From: the human T2T-CHM13v2.0 reference genome, Homo sapiens
Direction of reading: 5' to 3'
DNA length: 64,000 nucleotides
Assembly: GCA_009914755.4 (NCBI GenBank)
Contig: CP068257.2
Coordinates: 34,688,001-34,752,000 of the forward strand
Shown: one piece after another, positions 31,600 through 45,153 of the stretch
How the letters are laid out: every line of letters starts with the position of its first letter
Position numbering within the stretch: position 1 is the stretch's first letter
Made by a program: the position numbers and the translations under genes
Notes under the pieces: generated by a model
The model's input: the letters and a program-made list of their open reading frames with translations, nothing else
Told to the model about the DNA's origin: nothing
Databases searched by the model: none

Positions 31600-32324
31600 G
31601 TAGGTAAAAATGTGCCACACTTCTTAAAATTGTTGCTTTTACCTAAAGGGTTTTCCATGCCATACTTACTATTCTTGGTTTTTGTTTTTTGAAATGAAAT
31701 GCTGTATGTACAGTGTGAGCTGTTCTCTAAGCATGATTTTCTACTACTGGTAGATGATGAGTCAGTCTTCACCACTGTCATCACCTACCCCACCCTACTT
31801 CCAACTCCCTAAAAGTCCACCATTCCTTTAGAGTTGTAGTATATTTATATCAATTACTGATAACTTTAGTGTAAATTAGGTTTAACCATTGTTTGTAATA
31901 AAACCTACCACTTTGTTGGGAGTAACTTTTAGAGGAAGAGATTCATGGGGTGAAATCTCACCGTCCCGGAAGCATGGGTTATACTCAGCTATTTAGTCAG
32001 GGTGTGCCAGCGATGAGTTTGCATGTTAGTACTTGTGATCCTTTTTCTCCCCTGTGATGTAGATTTGGTTTCCTTATTTCAGAGCTGGGAAAACACGTCA
32101 AGATAGATTAAAAGTAATCTGCCCGATACATAAAAAATCAACAACAACAAAAAAGTAATCTGCCCAAGATTATACAGCTAGGAAGGGTGAGGCCAGTATT
32201 TGAACCCAGGCTTTTTACTTGGTATTACAATTAATGAATTAAAAAAAAAGATTATAGGTATTTATTTATTTATTTATTTTTGATTATAGGTATTTATTTT
32301 TAAAAATCTTTATTTTCTTCTTAG

Positions 32325-32539
32325 CTTTGGCTTCAGTGACAAAGTCACCATGAATGGTCATGTCCCAGTTGGATTATATGGGAATGGCTTCAAGTCGGGT
32401 TCTATGCGTCTGGGTAAAGACGCAATCGTTTTTACCAAAAATGGAGAAAGCATGAGCGTGGGCCTTTTGTCTCAGACCTACTTGGAAGTCATAAAAGCGG
32501 AGCATGTTGTTGTTCCAATAGTGGCATTCAACAAGCACC
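32325..32539 (+). CDS. MORC3: MORC3 exon 4 (…[71 protein letters not shown]-). Carries the G2 box [10 protein letters not shown]
   Basis: Acceptor TTTTCTTCTTAG|CTTTGG. The exon ends ...AAGCACC and is followed by the U12-type donor ATATCCTTTT. The ORF track's extension HHILLVVK* is read-through into the intron. Confidence 0.9.
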
Positions 32540-33366
32540 ATATCCTTTTGGTTGTGAAATAAAAGCTGTGGAGAAACTGAAGAAATAATTTGGAAACATT
32601 CTATGTTTTTGCCTTCTTCCAGATTATTCCCTTTGAATAACACCTATTCCATTTCTTACCTCTGTCCTCTGCATTTACCCTACACCTGAGGCTAAGGGTT
32701 TGTCCCTTTCTCTTCTCTGTTGGAATCCTGCTATGGAAATACTCAACATTTTATGTTAAACTTCCCATAGCTCTTCTGTTTACTTCAGGGTTATTGTAGA
32801 CTAGTAAGACTTTATGGTTTGGCTTGAAAATTTGACTAGTGACCACAAAAGGCAGGATAACTTTAGGAAAATGCCTTTTGTATGAACACATTGGAATATT
32901 AGAAAGTATTAAGTTAGTTAGGAATAATAATCTGCTTATTTTTTATTCTTCTTCTTGTTCATTTGAAATCAAACTGCCATGTTAAAACTTAGAAAATAGG
33001 CTGAGCTCGGTGGCTGATCCCTGAAATTCCACCACTTTGGGAGGCCAAGACAGAAGGATTGCTTGAGCCCGGAATTTTGAGACCAGCCCAAGCAACGTAG
33101 GGAGACCCTGTCTCTACAAAAAAAATTTAAAAATTAGCCGGTCGTGGTGGTGGGTGCCTGTGGTCGGTCCCAGCTAGGCTGCAGTTAGCCCTGATCATGT
33201 TACTGCACTCTAGCCTAAGCAATAGTGAGACCCTATCTCACAAAAAAAAAAACCTTAGAAAATTATTTATAAATAGTTTTTCTGTTATTTAAGTTTATAG
33301 AGTTAGTTTTCATATTGTAATTATGAAAACTATGTTGTCAATCTGAGTCTTTAACTTATGATATAC
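32540..33366 (+). other. MORC3: Intron 4, U12-type (minor spliceosome) AT-AC intron, 827 bp
   Basis: 5' splice site /ATATCCTTTTG exactly matches the U12 AT-AC donor consensus /ATATCCTTT. Branch site TCTTTAAC (33348-33355, consensus TCCTTAAC) lies 11 nt upstream of the 3' end ...GATATAC|GACAG. Joining restores CAC CGA CAG ATG (H R Q M), in frame. Confidence 0.85.
33000..33255 (+). mobile_element. Alu SINE (old, diverged) within the U12 intron
   Basis: GGCTGAGCTCGGTGGCTGATCCCTGAAATTCCACCACTTTGGGAGGCCAAGACAGAAGGATTGCTTGAGCCCGGAATTTTGAGACCAGCCCAAGCAACGTAGGGAGACCCTGTCTCTAC...A-tail. Confidence 0.8.
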
Positions 33367-33514
33367 GACAGATGATTAATTTAGCAGAATCAAAAGCCAG
33401 CCTTGCTGCAATTCTGGAACATTCTCTGTTTTCCACGGAACAGAAGTTACTGGCAGAACTTGATGCTATTATAGGCAAGAAGGGGACGAGGATCATCATT
33501 TGGAATCTTAGAAG
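33367..33514 (+). CDS. MORC3: MORC3 exon 5 ([50 protein letters not shown])
   Basis: Follows the AC 3' terminus of the U12 intron. Donor AGAAG|GTAAAC. Confidence 0.9.
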
Positions 33515-33717
33515 GTAAACGTGGACATAGATGTTGACCGTTTGGGAAGTAAAGTGCACGTGCAGGGTGGTGGTGTTATATTCATCTCTCGTTACACACA
33601 GTAGAAATACATGGAAAGGTACTCATTTTTTGGTGTAGTTACTGATTTGTCTTTGCCCAGGATATGTTATAGAGGCCATTTCAGCTTCAATTTGAGATAT
33701 TTTCATCTTGTTAAAAA

Positions 33718-34180
<463 letters not shown>

Positions 34181-34589
34181 TAAAACTAAAAGTGATGTAG
34201 CACCTGATGAGAAAAGTAATATAGGTGAGATTTTTGTGTTGCTAAAATTTATAATCCTTTATCTTTGTGAGGATAAAATCCTTCGCAAATAAATTTTAAA
34301 ATTTAAGACTAATGTCTAATACTGAAAGATCTAAGACATACTGAATCACAGGAATAAAGCACAGGTAGTGATAAGCCTAAAGAACTGAAAAAACTTGTGC
34401 TATTCTGATACCTGAATTCGTTTTTCTTGCTTTCACTTCCCTACCCCTCCTTCTCCTGGAGGATTTTTTCAATTATACTTTCTGAGGTAATTGTAGATTC
34501 ATGTGTAGTTGTAAGAAGTAATAGAGAGATGTTAGGTACACTTCATTCAGTTTCCCCTGCTGGTAACATCTAACAAAACTATAGTACAG

Positions 34590-34954
<365 letters not shown>

Positions 34955-35171
34955 TTAGTCATCACAGGAATCCCTCATGTTGCTCTTTTGTAGCCATACC
35001 CACTTCCCTCATAACCCCACTCCCTCCTTAATCCGTGGCAACCTCTAATCTGTTCTCTATTTCTATAATTTTGCCATTTTAAGAATATTACATAAACAAC
35101 ATGGAAACCTTTTGGATTTGACTTTTTTCACTTAGCATAACTCCTGGCGTTTTCCAGGTTCTTGTATGTAT

Positions 35172-35243
35172 AGTTTGCACCTTTTCCTTTTTCTTTTTTT
35201 TTTCTTTCTTTTCTTTTCTTTCTTTCTTTCTTTTTTTTTTTTT
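35172..35243. repeat. (TTTC)n / T-rich microsatellite (tail of the reverse-strand Alu)
   Basis: TTTTCCTTTTTCTTTTTTTTTTCTTTCTTTTCTTTTCTTTCTTTCTTTCTTTTTTTTTTTTT. Confidence 0.85.
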
Positions 35244-35530
35244 TTGAGATAGCGTTTTGCTCTTTCCCCCAGGGTGGAGTGAAGTATAGCGCCATCTCGG
35301 CTCACTGCAACCTCCGCCCACCGGGTTCAAGCGATTCTGCTGCCTCATCCTCCCGTGTGGCTGGGATTATAGGCACCTGCCACCATGCCTGGCTGATTTT
35401 TGTGTTTTTAGTAGAGACAGGGTTTTGCCATATTGACCAGGCTGGTCTTGAACTTCTGACCTCAGGTGATCCACATGCCTCAGCCTCCCAAAGTGGTAGG
35501 ATTACAGGCGTGAGCCACTGCACCCAGCCA
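35244..35530 (-). mobile_element. Alu SINE
   Basis: GAGATAGCGTTTTGCTCTTTCCCCCAGGGTGGAGTGAAGTATAGCGCCATCTCGGCTCACTGCAACC...GGATTACAGGCGTGAGCCACTGCACCCAGCC. Confidence 0.88.
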
Positions 35531-35991
35531 GTTTGCACTTTTTTCTTGCTGAGTAGTGTTTCATTGTATGTATGGAACCCAGTGTGTTTACCTATTCAAG
35601 ACATCTAGGTTTGTAGTTTTGGGATATTACAAATAAAGCTGTAAACATTTGTGTACACAGTTTTGTGGGAATATAGTCTTCATTTTTCTGAAATAAATAT
35701 CTAGAAGTGTAATTGCTGTATCATATAGTACTTGCATTTTATTTTCTAAGAAATGCCAGACTGTTTTCCTGAGTGTTTTCCTACCAGCAGTGTATGAGTG
35801 TTACAGTTTCTCCACATCATCCAGGATCCGTTTTCTTTCTTTTTCTCTTGCCTTTGCACCCCCAACCCCCCACTGACGTGCACCATGTGTAGGTTTATTT
35901 ATTTGCTTACCTTTTTAATGACTTACAGTGTTTGCTGGCTTATCTTGCTGTGAAGTTAAATTTTGGTTCTTTCTAAAAATTATTTTTACAG

Positions 35992-36139
35992 CTACAAAAA
36001 TGCAACAGAGTTCGATTTTGAAAAGGATAAATATGATATCAGAATTCCCGAGGATTTAGATGAGATAACAGGGAAGAAGGGGTACAAGAAGCAGGAAAGG
36101 ATGGACCAGATTGCCCCTGAGAGTGACTATTCCCTGAGG
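35992..36139 (+). CDS. MORC3: MORC3 exon 6 ([49 protein letters not shown])
   Basis: Acceptor TTATTTTTACAG|CTACAAAAATG, donor CTGAGG|GTATGT. Ends in phase 0. Confidence 0.9.
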
Positions 36140-36539
36140 GTATGTATTCAGCTCTCTTTGTGGAAGTGAGAAAATCATTGAATGCTGGTAGTATTAGGAG
36201 AGGTCATGTTACCTGCTTGTGATAGAAAGGCTGCCAGTGCTCTCTAAATGAAAGTATCTCAGACATGATTTTCCCTGGCCCACTCAGCCTGGGCAACAGA
36301 GTGAGGCTGTATCACACACACACACAAATTTAGTTAAACTTTTCATTAGCACACTGGTTGATTTATTTGTTTGGAAACCCTTTTTAAATTATGAAGTCGT
36401 CAGGCCTAACAATGCTTGTAGTTTTTACTATATGCTGACATTATTATCTTATTAGAATCAATATATTAGTCAGTATATGGTGGCCAGACTAATTCAAAAA
36501 ACAACAAATTCAAAGTCTTATTAAATTTTAACGTATTTG

Positions 36540-36850
36540 CCCGTGCACGGTGGTTCACACCTGTAATCCCAGCACTTTGGGAGGCCAAGGTGGGTGGATC
36601 ACAAGGTCAGGAGTTCAAGACCAGCCTGGCCAAGATGGTCTTGAACTCCGTCTCTACTAAAAATGCAAAAATTAGTTGGGCACGGTGGCAGGCACCTGTA
36701 ATCCCAGCTACTCGGGAGGCTGAGGCAGGAGAGTCGCTTGAACCTGCAGGTGGGGCAGTGCGGTTCACGGAGGTTGCAGTGAGCGGAGATTGTACCACTG
36801 CACTCCAGCCTAGGTGACAGAGTGAGACGCCATCACACACACACAAAAAA
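36540..36850 (+). mobile_element. Alu SINE with TSD AATTTTAACGTATT
   Basis: TGCCCGTGCACGGTGGTTCACACCTGTAATCCCAGCACTTTGGGAGGCCAAGGTGGGTGGATCACAAGGTCAGGAGTTCAAGACCAGCC... The tail carries (CA)n. Direct repeats at 36526-36539 and 36850-36863. Confidence 0.9.
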
Positions 36851-36989
36851 TTTAACGTATTCTAGAATACATACCTTAATTGTCCTCCTAAAGCAATAAA
36901 TTATAGACTATAGTTAGATAAGGTACATTAATATAATTTTGTGATAAATGCCTCTAGGATTTTCCCTTTAGAAATGAGGTTTTTGTTTT

Positions 36990-37297
<308 letters not shown>

Positions 37298-37328
37298 AAA
37301 TGAGTATCTGTTTAAGATTAAAAGAAAT

Positions 37329-37632
<304 letters not shown>

Positions 37633-37686
37633 AGATTGGAGAAATTAATATCTTGATATAATAATGTCGATAAATTAATATCAAGG

Positions 37687-37985
<299 letters not shown>

Positions 37986-38039
37986 AATATCAAGTTTTTT
38001 AGTTGTTTTGATAAGACATGTGATACTAACTTTTTGCTT

Positions 38040-38338
38040 TCTTTTTTTTTTTTTTTTTGAGACAGAGTCTCACTCTGTTGCCTAGGCTGGAGTGCAGTGG
38101 CGTGATCTCGGCTCACCACAACCTCCGGCTCCTGGGTTCAAGCGATTCTTCTGGCACAGCCTCCTGAGTAGCCAGGACTACAAGCATGCACTACCCTGCC
38201 TGGCTAATTTTTGTATTTTTAGTAGAGACAGGGTTTCACTATGTTAGCCAGGCTTCTCTTGAACTCCTGACCTCGTGATCCGCCCGCCTCGGCCTCCCAA
38301 AGTGCTGGGATTACAGGAATGAGCCACCTTGCCTAGCC
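38040..38338 (-). mobile_element. Alu SINE with TSD ACTTTTTGCTTT
   Basis: Poly-T GAGACAGAGTCTCACTCTGTTGCCTAGGCTGGAGTGCAGTGGCGTGATCTCGGCTCACCACAACC...CCTGACCTCGTGATCCGCCCGCC...GGAATGAGCCACCTTGCCTAGCC. Direct repeat at 38026-38038 and 38340-38352. Confidence 0.9.
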
Positions 38339-38732
38339 ACTTTTTGCTTTATTTCTTGTGTTGATATTATTCTTTAATCCCAAGCTGTGGATGTATTTGT
38401 CATTTACAGATTTTTCATGTAATTTTTGCTAAGGTCTTAGCAATTACATTATTAGTAATAGTAATAGTAAATAGTAGTATTACTATTTACTAAAATAGTA
38501 AATAGCAGATATTTACTGTTCCTTGATGTATCCTAATGTGTTCCTAGTGTTGAAAAAGTCTTATTCAAGTATGAAACAGGTTCAGAGGCAGCCAGAGAAG
38601 ATGGTATGGTTTTAGTACACTACAAAATACAGTGTTTTTTAAATGACGCAAAGCACCACTTCTTTTGAAATCAAGAGTCAGGAAAAGTAGGAGAAGCTTT
38701 TAAGTTTTAGTTTTGTGTTGAATCTTTTTTTT

Positions 38733-38812
38733 TTGAGGTGGGGGGGTCTCCCTCTGTCCCCCACACTGGAGTGCAGTGGTGTGATCTCGGCTCACTGCAG
38801 CCTCCGCCTCCA
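38733..38812 (-). mobile_element. Alu fragment (truncated to about 80 bp)
   Basis: TTTTTTTTGAGGTGGGGGGGTCTCCCTCTGTCCCCCACACTGGAGTGCAGTGGTGTGATCTCGGCTCACTGCAGCCTCCGCCTCC. Confidence 0.75.
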
Positions 38813-39170
38813 TACTTGACAGAAAAATCAGAAAATGTACCTTTTTGTACATATATACATTTTTTAAAATTAAAATGTGATCATACCATACGTGCTGTTT
38901 TGTAATCTTTTTCACTTAGTAATAAATATATCAGCATCTATATAGATCAGTTGATTGTATTCTGCAAGTCATTTTTACTGGCTGCGGTATATTGAGCTTA
39001 TTTTTAATGAAAAATAACCAAATCAGAATAACATACAGCTTTATAGCCTATTTTATTGAAGAGTTAATTGATCTTTTATCAAGTTAATAGGAGAGCTTCT
39101 GTGTAAATCCATGTCTAAGTAATGGTGAGCAAACCTGTAGATACTAACTTCTTGTTATGTTATTTTCCAG

Positions 39171-39299
39171 GCTTATTGCAGTATATTATATCTAAAGCCA
39201 AGAATGCAGATCATCCTACGTGGACAGAAAGTGAAGACACAGCTGGTTTCGAAGAGTCTTGCCTACATCGAACGTGATGTTTATCGACCAAAATTTTTA
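39171..39299 (+). CDS. MORC3: MORC3 exon 7 ([43 protein letters not shown]). Symmetric 129-nt exon, phase 0-0
   Basis: Acceptor TGTTATTTTCCAG|GCTTATTGC. The exon ends ...AAATTTTTA and is followed by the U12-type donor GTATCCTTTTTC. Confidence 0.9.
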
Positions 39300-39503
39300 G
39301 TATCCTTTTTCTGATTCCTTATAGAGATATGTTAGTCAGGTGTATTCTCTTTTGCCCCTTTCCCCTTATATGCTGATAGGGATTCTAGTCTGCTCTAGCT
39401 TTGCCCTCCTTTGTGTGCTTTTGGACTTACCAAATAATGAAATAGAAAGGATGATTTGAACTGAGTGAGGTGTTGTGTTCAAAATTTACCTTAATATTTT
39501 AAG
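39300..39503 (+). other. MORC3: Intron 7, U12-type (minor spliceosome) intron of the GT-AG subclass, 204 bp
   Basis: 5' splice site /GTATCCTTTTTCTG matches the U12 GT-AG donor consensus /GTATCCTTT. Branch-site-like ACCTTAAT (39488-39495; consensus TCCTTAAC) lies 9-10 nt upstream of the 3' splice site ...TATTTTAAG|TCT. There is no long polypyrimidine tract. Confidence 0.8.
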
Positions 39504-39623
39504 TCTAAAACAGTGAGAATTACCTTTGGATTCAACTGCAGAAATAAAGATCATTATGGGATAATGATGTATCACAGAAATAGACTCATCAAAGCTTATG
39601 AAAAAGTTGGATGTCAGTTAAGG
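39504..39623 (+). CDS. MORC3: MORC3 exon 8 ([40 protein letters not shown]). Symmetric 120-nt exon, phase 0-0
   Basis: Donor TTAAGG|GTAAGC. In frame with exon 7. Confidence 0.9.
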
Positions 39624-39790
39624 GTAAGCTTTATTTTTTATTTGAAAAGAAAATGTCTATTTTCCACAAAAGTTAGGATAATATATGCTCTTGAGTCAAA
39701 TGTTAAATAATTTTATTGTACCTTTTGCCTATAGCTTTTTAATGTAAATTTGTAAAAAATAACACTGTGGTATTTGAACTTTTATTAACT

Positions 39791-39851
39791 CCCCTCCCCT
39801 CCCCTCCCTTCCCCTCCCCTGCCCTGCCCTCTCCTTTCCTTTCCCTTCCTT

Positions 39852-39858
<7 letters not shown>
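39791..39858. repeat. (CCCCT)n-like C-rich microsatellite (tail of the reverse-strand Alu)
   Basis: CCCCTCCCCTCCCCTCCCTTCCCCTCCCCTGCCCTGCCCTCTCCTTTCCTTTCCCTTCCTTTTTTTT. Confidence 0.85.
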
Positions 39859-40312
<454 letters not shown>

Positions 40313-40448
40313 GTTGTTTTGTATTTTTAGTAGAGACGAGGTTTCACCGTGTTGTCCAGGCTTGTCCCAAACTCCTGACCTCAGGTGATCCACCCGCCTC
40401 GGTCTCCCAAAGTGCTGGGATTACAGGTGTGAGCCACCGCGCCCGGCT
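40313..40448 (-). mobile_element. Alu monomer (left-monomer half)
   Basis: TTTTGTATTTTTAGTAGAGACGAGGTTTCACCGTGTTGTCCAGGCTTGTCCCAAACTCCTGACCTCAGGTGATCCACCCGCCTCGGTCTCCCAAAGTGCTGGGATTACAGGTGTGAGCCACCGCGCCCGGC. Confidence 0.8.
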
Positions 40449-40910
<462 letters not shown>

Positions 40911-41002
40911 TAGTATATTAATTTTGTATTTGATCCTGAACAGCCCTGAGGTGGGGACAGAATATTTCTTTTATCCCTATTTTATGCATAAGGAAGTTGG
41001 GG

Positions 41003-41625
41003 ACCAGACACAGTGGCTCATTCCTGTAATCCTAGTGCTTCGTGTGGCTGAGGTAGGAGGATTGCTTGAGGCCAGTGCTTCAAGACCAGCTTGGGCAACA
41101 TACCAAGTCTCTACCTCAGCTGAGTACGGTGCCTTACACCTGTAATCCCAGCATATTTGAGAGGTCTGGGCCGGGGGATTGCTTGAGCCCAGGAGTTCAA
41201 GACCAGCCTGGGCAATGGGGCAAAACCCTGTCTGTACAAAAAAATACAAAAATTAGCTGGGCCTGGTGGTGCATGCCTGTGGTCCCAGCTACCAGGAGGC
41301 TGAGGTGGGAGGATTGCTTGAGCCCAAGAAGTTGAGGCTGTAGTGAGCCAAAATTGTGCCTCTGCTTTTCAGTCTAGGCAACAGGGTGAGGTCCTATCTC
41401 AAACAAACAAACAAACAAAAATCGTCTCTACAAAACAATAAAAACAAATTAGCCAGGTGTGGTTGTACGTCCTTGTAGTCTTAGTTATTTGGGAGGCTGA
41501 GGTGGGAGAGTGCTTGAGCCCTGGAGTTTGAGGCTACACTGAGCTATGATTTTTGCCCCTGTACTCCAGCCTGGGCAACAGAGTGAGACCCTGTCTCTTA
41601 AAAAAAAAAAAAAAAAAACAAAGAA
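41003..41625 (+). mobile_element. Alu cluster: left-monomer fragment (about 41003-41110), full Alu (about 41120-41415), Alu right fragment (about 41440-41625)
   Basis: CAGACACAGTGGCTCATTCCTGTAATCCTAGTGCTTCGTGTGGCTGAGGTAGGAGGATTGCTTGAGGCCAG... then GGTGCCTTACACCTGTAATCCCAGCATATTTGAGAGGTCTGGGCCGGGGGATTGCTTGAGCCCAGGAGTTCAAGACCAGCC...(CAAA)n... then TTAGCCAGGTGTGGTTGTACGTCCTTGTAGTCTTAGTTATTTGGGAGGCTGAGGTGGGAG...A19. Confidence 0.85.
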
Positions 41626-42856
41626 ATTGGGGCAAATAACAAATAGATGAAGCAAGTTGCTTAAGACATAACAGCGTGGATCTCAGACACAAACACATCA
41701 TTTGACTGCATTTGGATATGGATCCATTGCACATTTTTAAGATTTTGGTGATAATTCTTTGTCTTAACTTTATTCTGAGTTTTTTGTAGAATGATGTGAG
41801 ATCTACACAGTATACCAATGCAGATTCACCTTGAATACCACTTAACAGGGGTTCTGACTCTGCTTCACCTACTTTACATGGCATGAGCCCAAATATAGCA
41901 TATTTGCAGAAGTAAATGAACTTTATGTCTACCACAGAATGTAAATTTTTTTCTTTTTATCACCTATGAATCTGACTTAACCAAGATATATAGCCCATTT
42001 TCCCAACCGAGTTAAATTTGTACTGTACATATTTCCTAGTTAAGCTCGACCTTGTAAAGATAGGCTGTTACAGCTAAATTACAATGTTTATCTTTACCAG
42101 ATGATGGACTGGGCCTAGTATTTGCATTCTGTGGATTCGGTAAACATTAAATAAGTATCAGATACCCATTGTGATTTGCTGTGCTGGGTGCTCAGCATAA
42201 AAAGTTGGTAAAATACAGAGCATGCCCTCAAAGCTCAGTTTTGTGAGGGGACTGTGGAACATCCTTGGAAGCATCAGAAAAGGCTTCTTAGAGAAAGTGT
42301 TGATTGAAATGAGTCTCAGTTGATTTCACTGTGCTGCAAAGTCTGGAAGGGCTTTCCAGGCAGAGACAACATGTGCAAAGGCAGAGAAAGAGGCTTCTGA
42401 GAGTATGACATCATAAAGGGAGTAATTTGATGTGGCTGGACCATATTTTAAGTGGAGAACAGAGGAATGAGAGAGACAGGATAAGGCTGGAAGGAAGATG
42501 GATAAGAACCACAAATTGAAGGATATTGTTATTACTGTAGTTTAAAAATAGTCTGAAATGGTGAACCTGATGGTTTTTAATAGAGCAGAATTAGGATTAG
42601 TTGTATGGTTTGGTCTATAGTTGGGTTTATAAAAATTTTCATTTTATGAGTTACACATTTTACTTTTTTCTTCATAGACTAAGAAGTATAGCTACAATCA
42701 TGAACAAAATATACTTGTTAGTCACACGTAGATAATCAGAAGATGACTCATATACTTTGAGTTCAACATTTTAGCTAGCAGATTTAAAAAATAACTAATT
42801 TAACCAACCTAGATTTTTACTTCATTGTTAGCAACTGGATACCTAACTTTGGGTAA

Positions 42857-43300
<444 letters not shown>

Positions 43301-43471
43301 GGTAGTCCTTTTTCTCTTGTATAACATTGGGGATGTTAATACTTGTCTAAATGGATACTTGTCAACAATCAAAGGGTTTTTGAGGAAGGCTCTAGTGTAT
43401 TTAGAAATTAACTCCCAGGAATATAAATCACCTACCAGTGTTTTTTTCAGTCTAAATTTGATGAGAATTGG

Positions 43472-43790
43472 CCGGACGCGGTGGCTCATGCCTGTAATGC
43501 CAGCACTTTGGGAGGCCGAGGCTGGTGGATTGCTTGAGGTCAGGAGTTGGAGACTAGCCATGGTGAAACCCCGTCTCTGCTAAAAATAGAAAAATTAGCT
43601 GGGTTTGGTGGTGCACGCCTGTACTTCCAGCTACTCGGGAGGCTGAGGCAACGAGAGTCACTTGAGCTTGGGCGGTCTCTTGGTTCTTGCAGTGAGCCAA
43701 GATCATGCCACTGCACTCCAGCCTGGGTGACCAAATGAGACTCTGTCTCAAAAAAATAAAAACAAATAAAAATAAAAATAAATGTGATGA
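43472..43790 (+). mobile_element. Alu SINE with TSD about AAATTTGATGAGAAT
   Basis: GGCCGGACGCGGTGGCTCATGCCTGTAATGCCAGCACTTTGGGAGGCCGAGGCTGGTGGATTGCTTGAGGTCAGGAGTTGGAGACTAGCC... The tail carries (AAATAAAAAC)n. AAATTTGATGAGAAT lies before the element and AAATGTGATGAGAAT after it. Confidence 0.9.
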
Positions 43791-43901
43791 GAATCATACA
43801 AGATAAAATATAGAAAAATATACAAACTATAATTCTTTAAGGGTAATTATTTTGAGCATCATGTCTTATGCTTAAAATGCTGATTTCATTTTATTTTTTC
43901 A

Positions 43902-43999
43902 GGCAAACAACATGGGTGTTGGAGTGGTTGGAATTATAGAGTGTAATTTCCTTAAGCCAACTCATAATAAACAAGATTTCGACTATACTAATGAGTACA
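43902..43999 (+). CDS. MORC3: MORC3 exon 9 ([33 protein letters not shown]-)
   Basis: Acceptor TTTATTTTTTCAG|GCAAAC, donor GAGTACAG|GTATGT. Phase 0 in, phase 2 out. Confidence 0.9.
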
Positions 44000-44615
44000 G
44001 GTATGTTACCTATTTAAATTATTGACTGAGGTTCCTAGGAAATGTATTACCAAGAAAGCAGGAACTACTCTATTTTCTGTGAATCTCAGAAATACCTTAT
44101 TAGTAAAGAAAGGTTTGAATATACTACTTGTGATGGTGTAGGTTACAATTCCTAGAATGGAAGATGGTTATATTAGTTTTCTATGTAAGTCCCTTACCTA
44201 CCCATTTTCTTAAAGTTCGATAATGTAATTATAATTTTGTAATTAAAATAAAAATCCACAAGGTGGCAAAACATTTAGCTTAAGAGAAGTTATGCAAGTA
44301 TTTTGAAAATAAACTTTAAAAAGAAGTCAATAATTTAAATAGGTAAATAGAGGGCCTGGCCAATGCTGGCCTATAGACGTGGTCTCTGGTTGACATAGGG
44401 TGTGTGGATAGGTTGGAGCTGGTCTGTAGAGGGAGCCTTATGTTGTTGGAGCTAGCAGAAGACTGCTGGTGGGCAAAGCATGGCCTGATGGGCACAGCTG
44501 AAGCTCCTCTGGGAGGTCACTGGGCCCTAGCAAAATAGTAACAGAGTACCAGAACTTGGGCTGGATTTGGAGCCTAGAGACAATAAATTGGTAACTGACT
44601 GAATCAAAAAAGTCA

Positions 44616-44910
44616 GCCAGGTGCAGTGGCTCTTTCCTGTAATCTTAGCACTAAGGGGGCCCAAAGGTGGACAAATTGCTTGAGCTCAGAAGGTTGAGAC
44701 CAGCGTGGGCAACATGGCAAAATCCTGTCTCTACCAAAAATACAAAAAATTAGCAAGGTGTGGTGGCATGTGTCTGTGGTCCCAGCTACTCAGGAGGCTG
44801 AGGCAGGAGGATCATTTGAGCCTGGGAAGGTGGAGTGTGCAGTGAGCCAAGATGGCGCCACTGTACTCCAACCCGATGACAGAGTGAGATCCCGTCTCAG
44901 GAAAAAAAAG
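44616..44910 (+). mobile_element. Alu SINE
   Basis: AGCCAGGTGCAGTGGCTCTTTCCTGTAATCTTAGCACTAAGGGGGCCCAAAGGTGGACAAATTGCTTGAGCTCAGAAGGTTGAGACCAGC...GTCTCAGGAAAAAAAAG. Confidence 0.88.
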
Positions 44911-45153
44911 ACCACGTACAGTGGCTTACACCTGTAATCCCAGCACTTTAGTAGGCGGAGGATCGCTTGAGCCGAGGAGTTTGAGACCAGCCTGGGCAAC
45001 ACAGTGGGAGCTTATCTCTACAGAAAATAAAAAAATGAGGTGGGAGGATCACTTGAGCTCAGGAGATTGAGGCTGCAATGAGCCGTGATTGTGTCACTGC
45101 ATTCCCGCGCTGGTGACAGAAGACACCCTGCCTCAAAAAAAAAAAAAAAAAAA
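44911..45153 (+). mobile_element. Alu SINE (internal deletion)
   Basis: ACCACGTACAGTGGCTTACACCTGTAATCCCAGCACTTTAGTAGGCGGAGGATCGCTTGAGCCGAGGAGTTTGAGACCAGCC...GGCTGCAATGAGCCGTGATTGTGTCACTGC...A19. Confidence 0.85.

Noticed and set aside
32374-32643. 89-aa ORF on the reverse strand overlapping MORC3 exon 4
   Set aside because: It is antisense to a well-supported coding exon and has no independent start or splice context. It is a chance ORF
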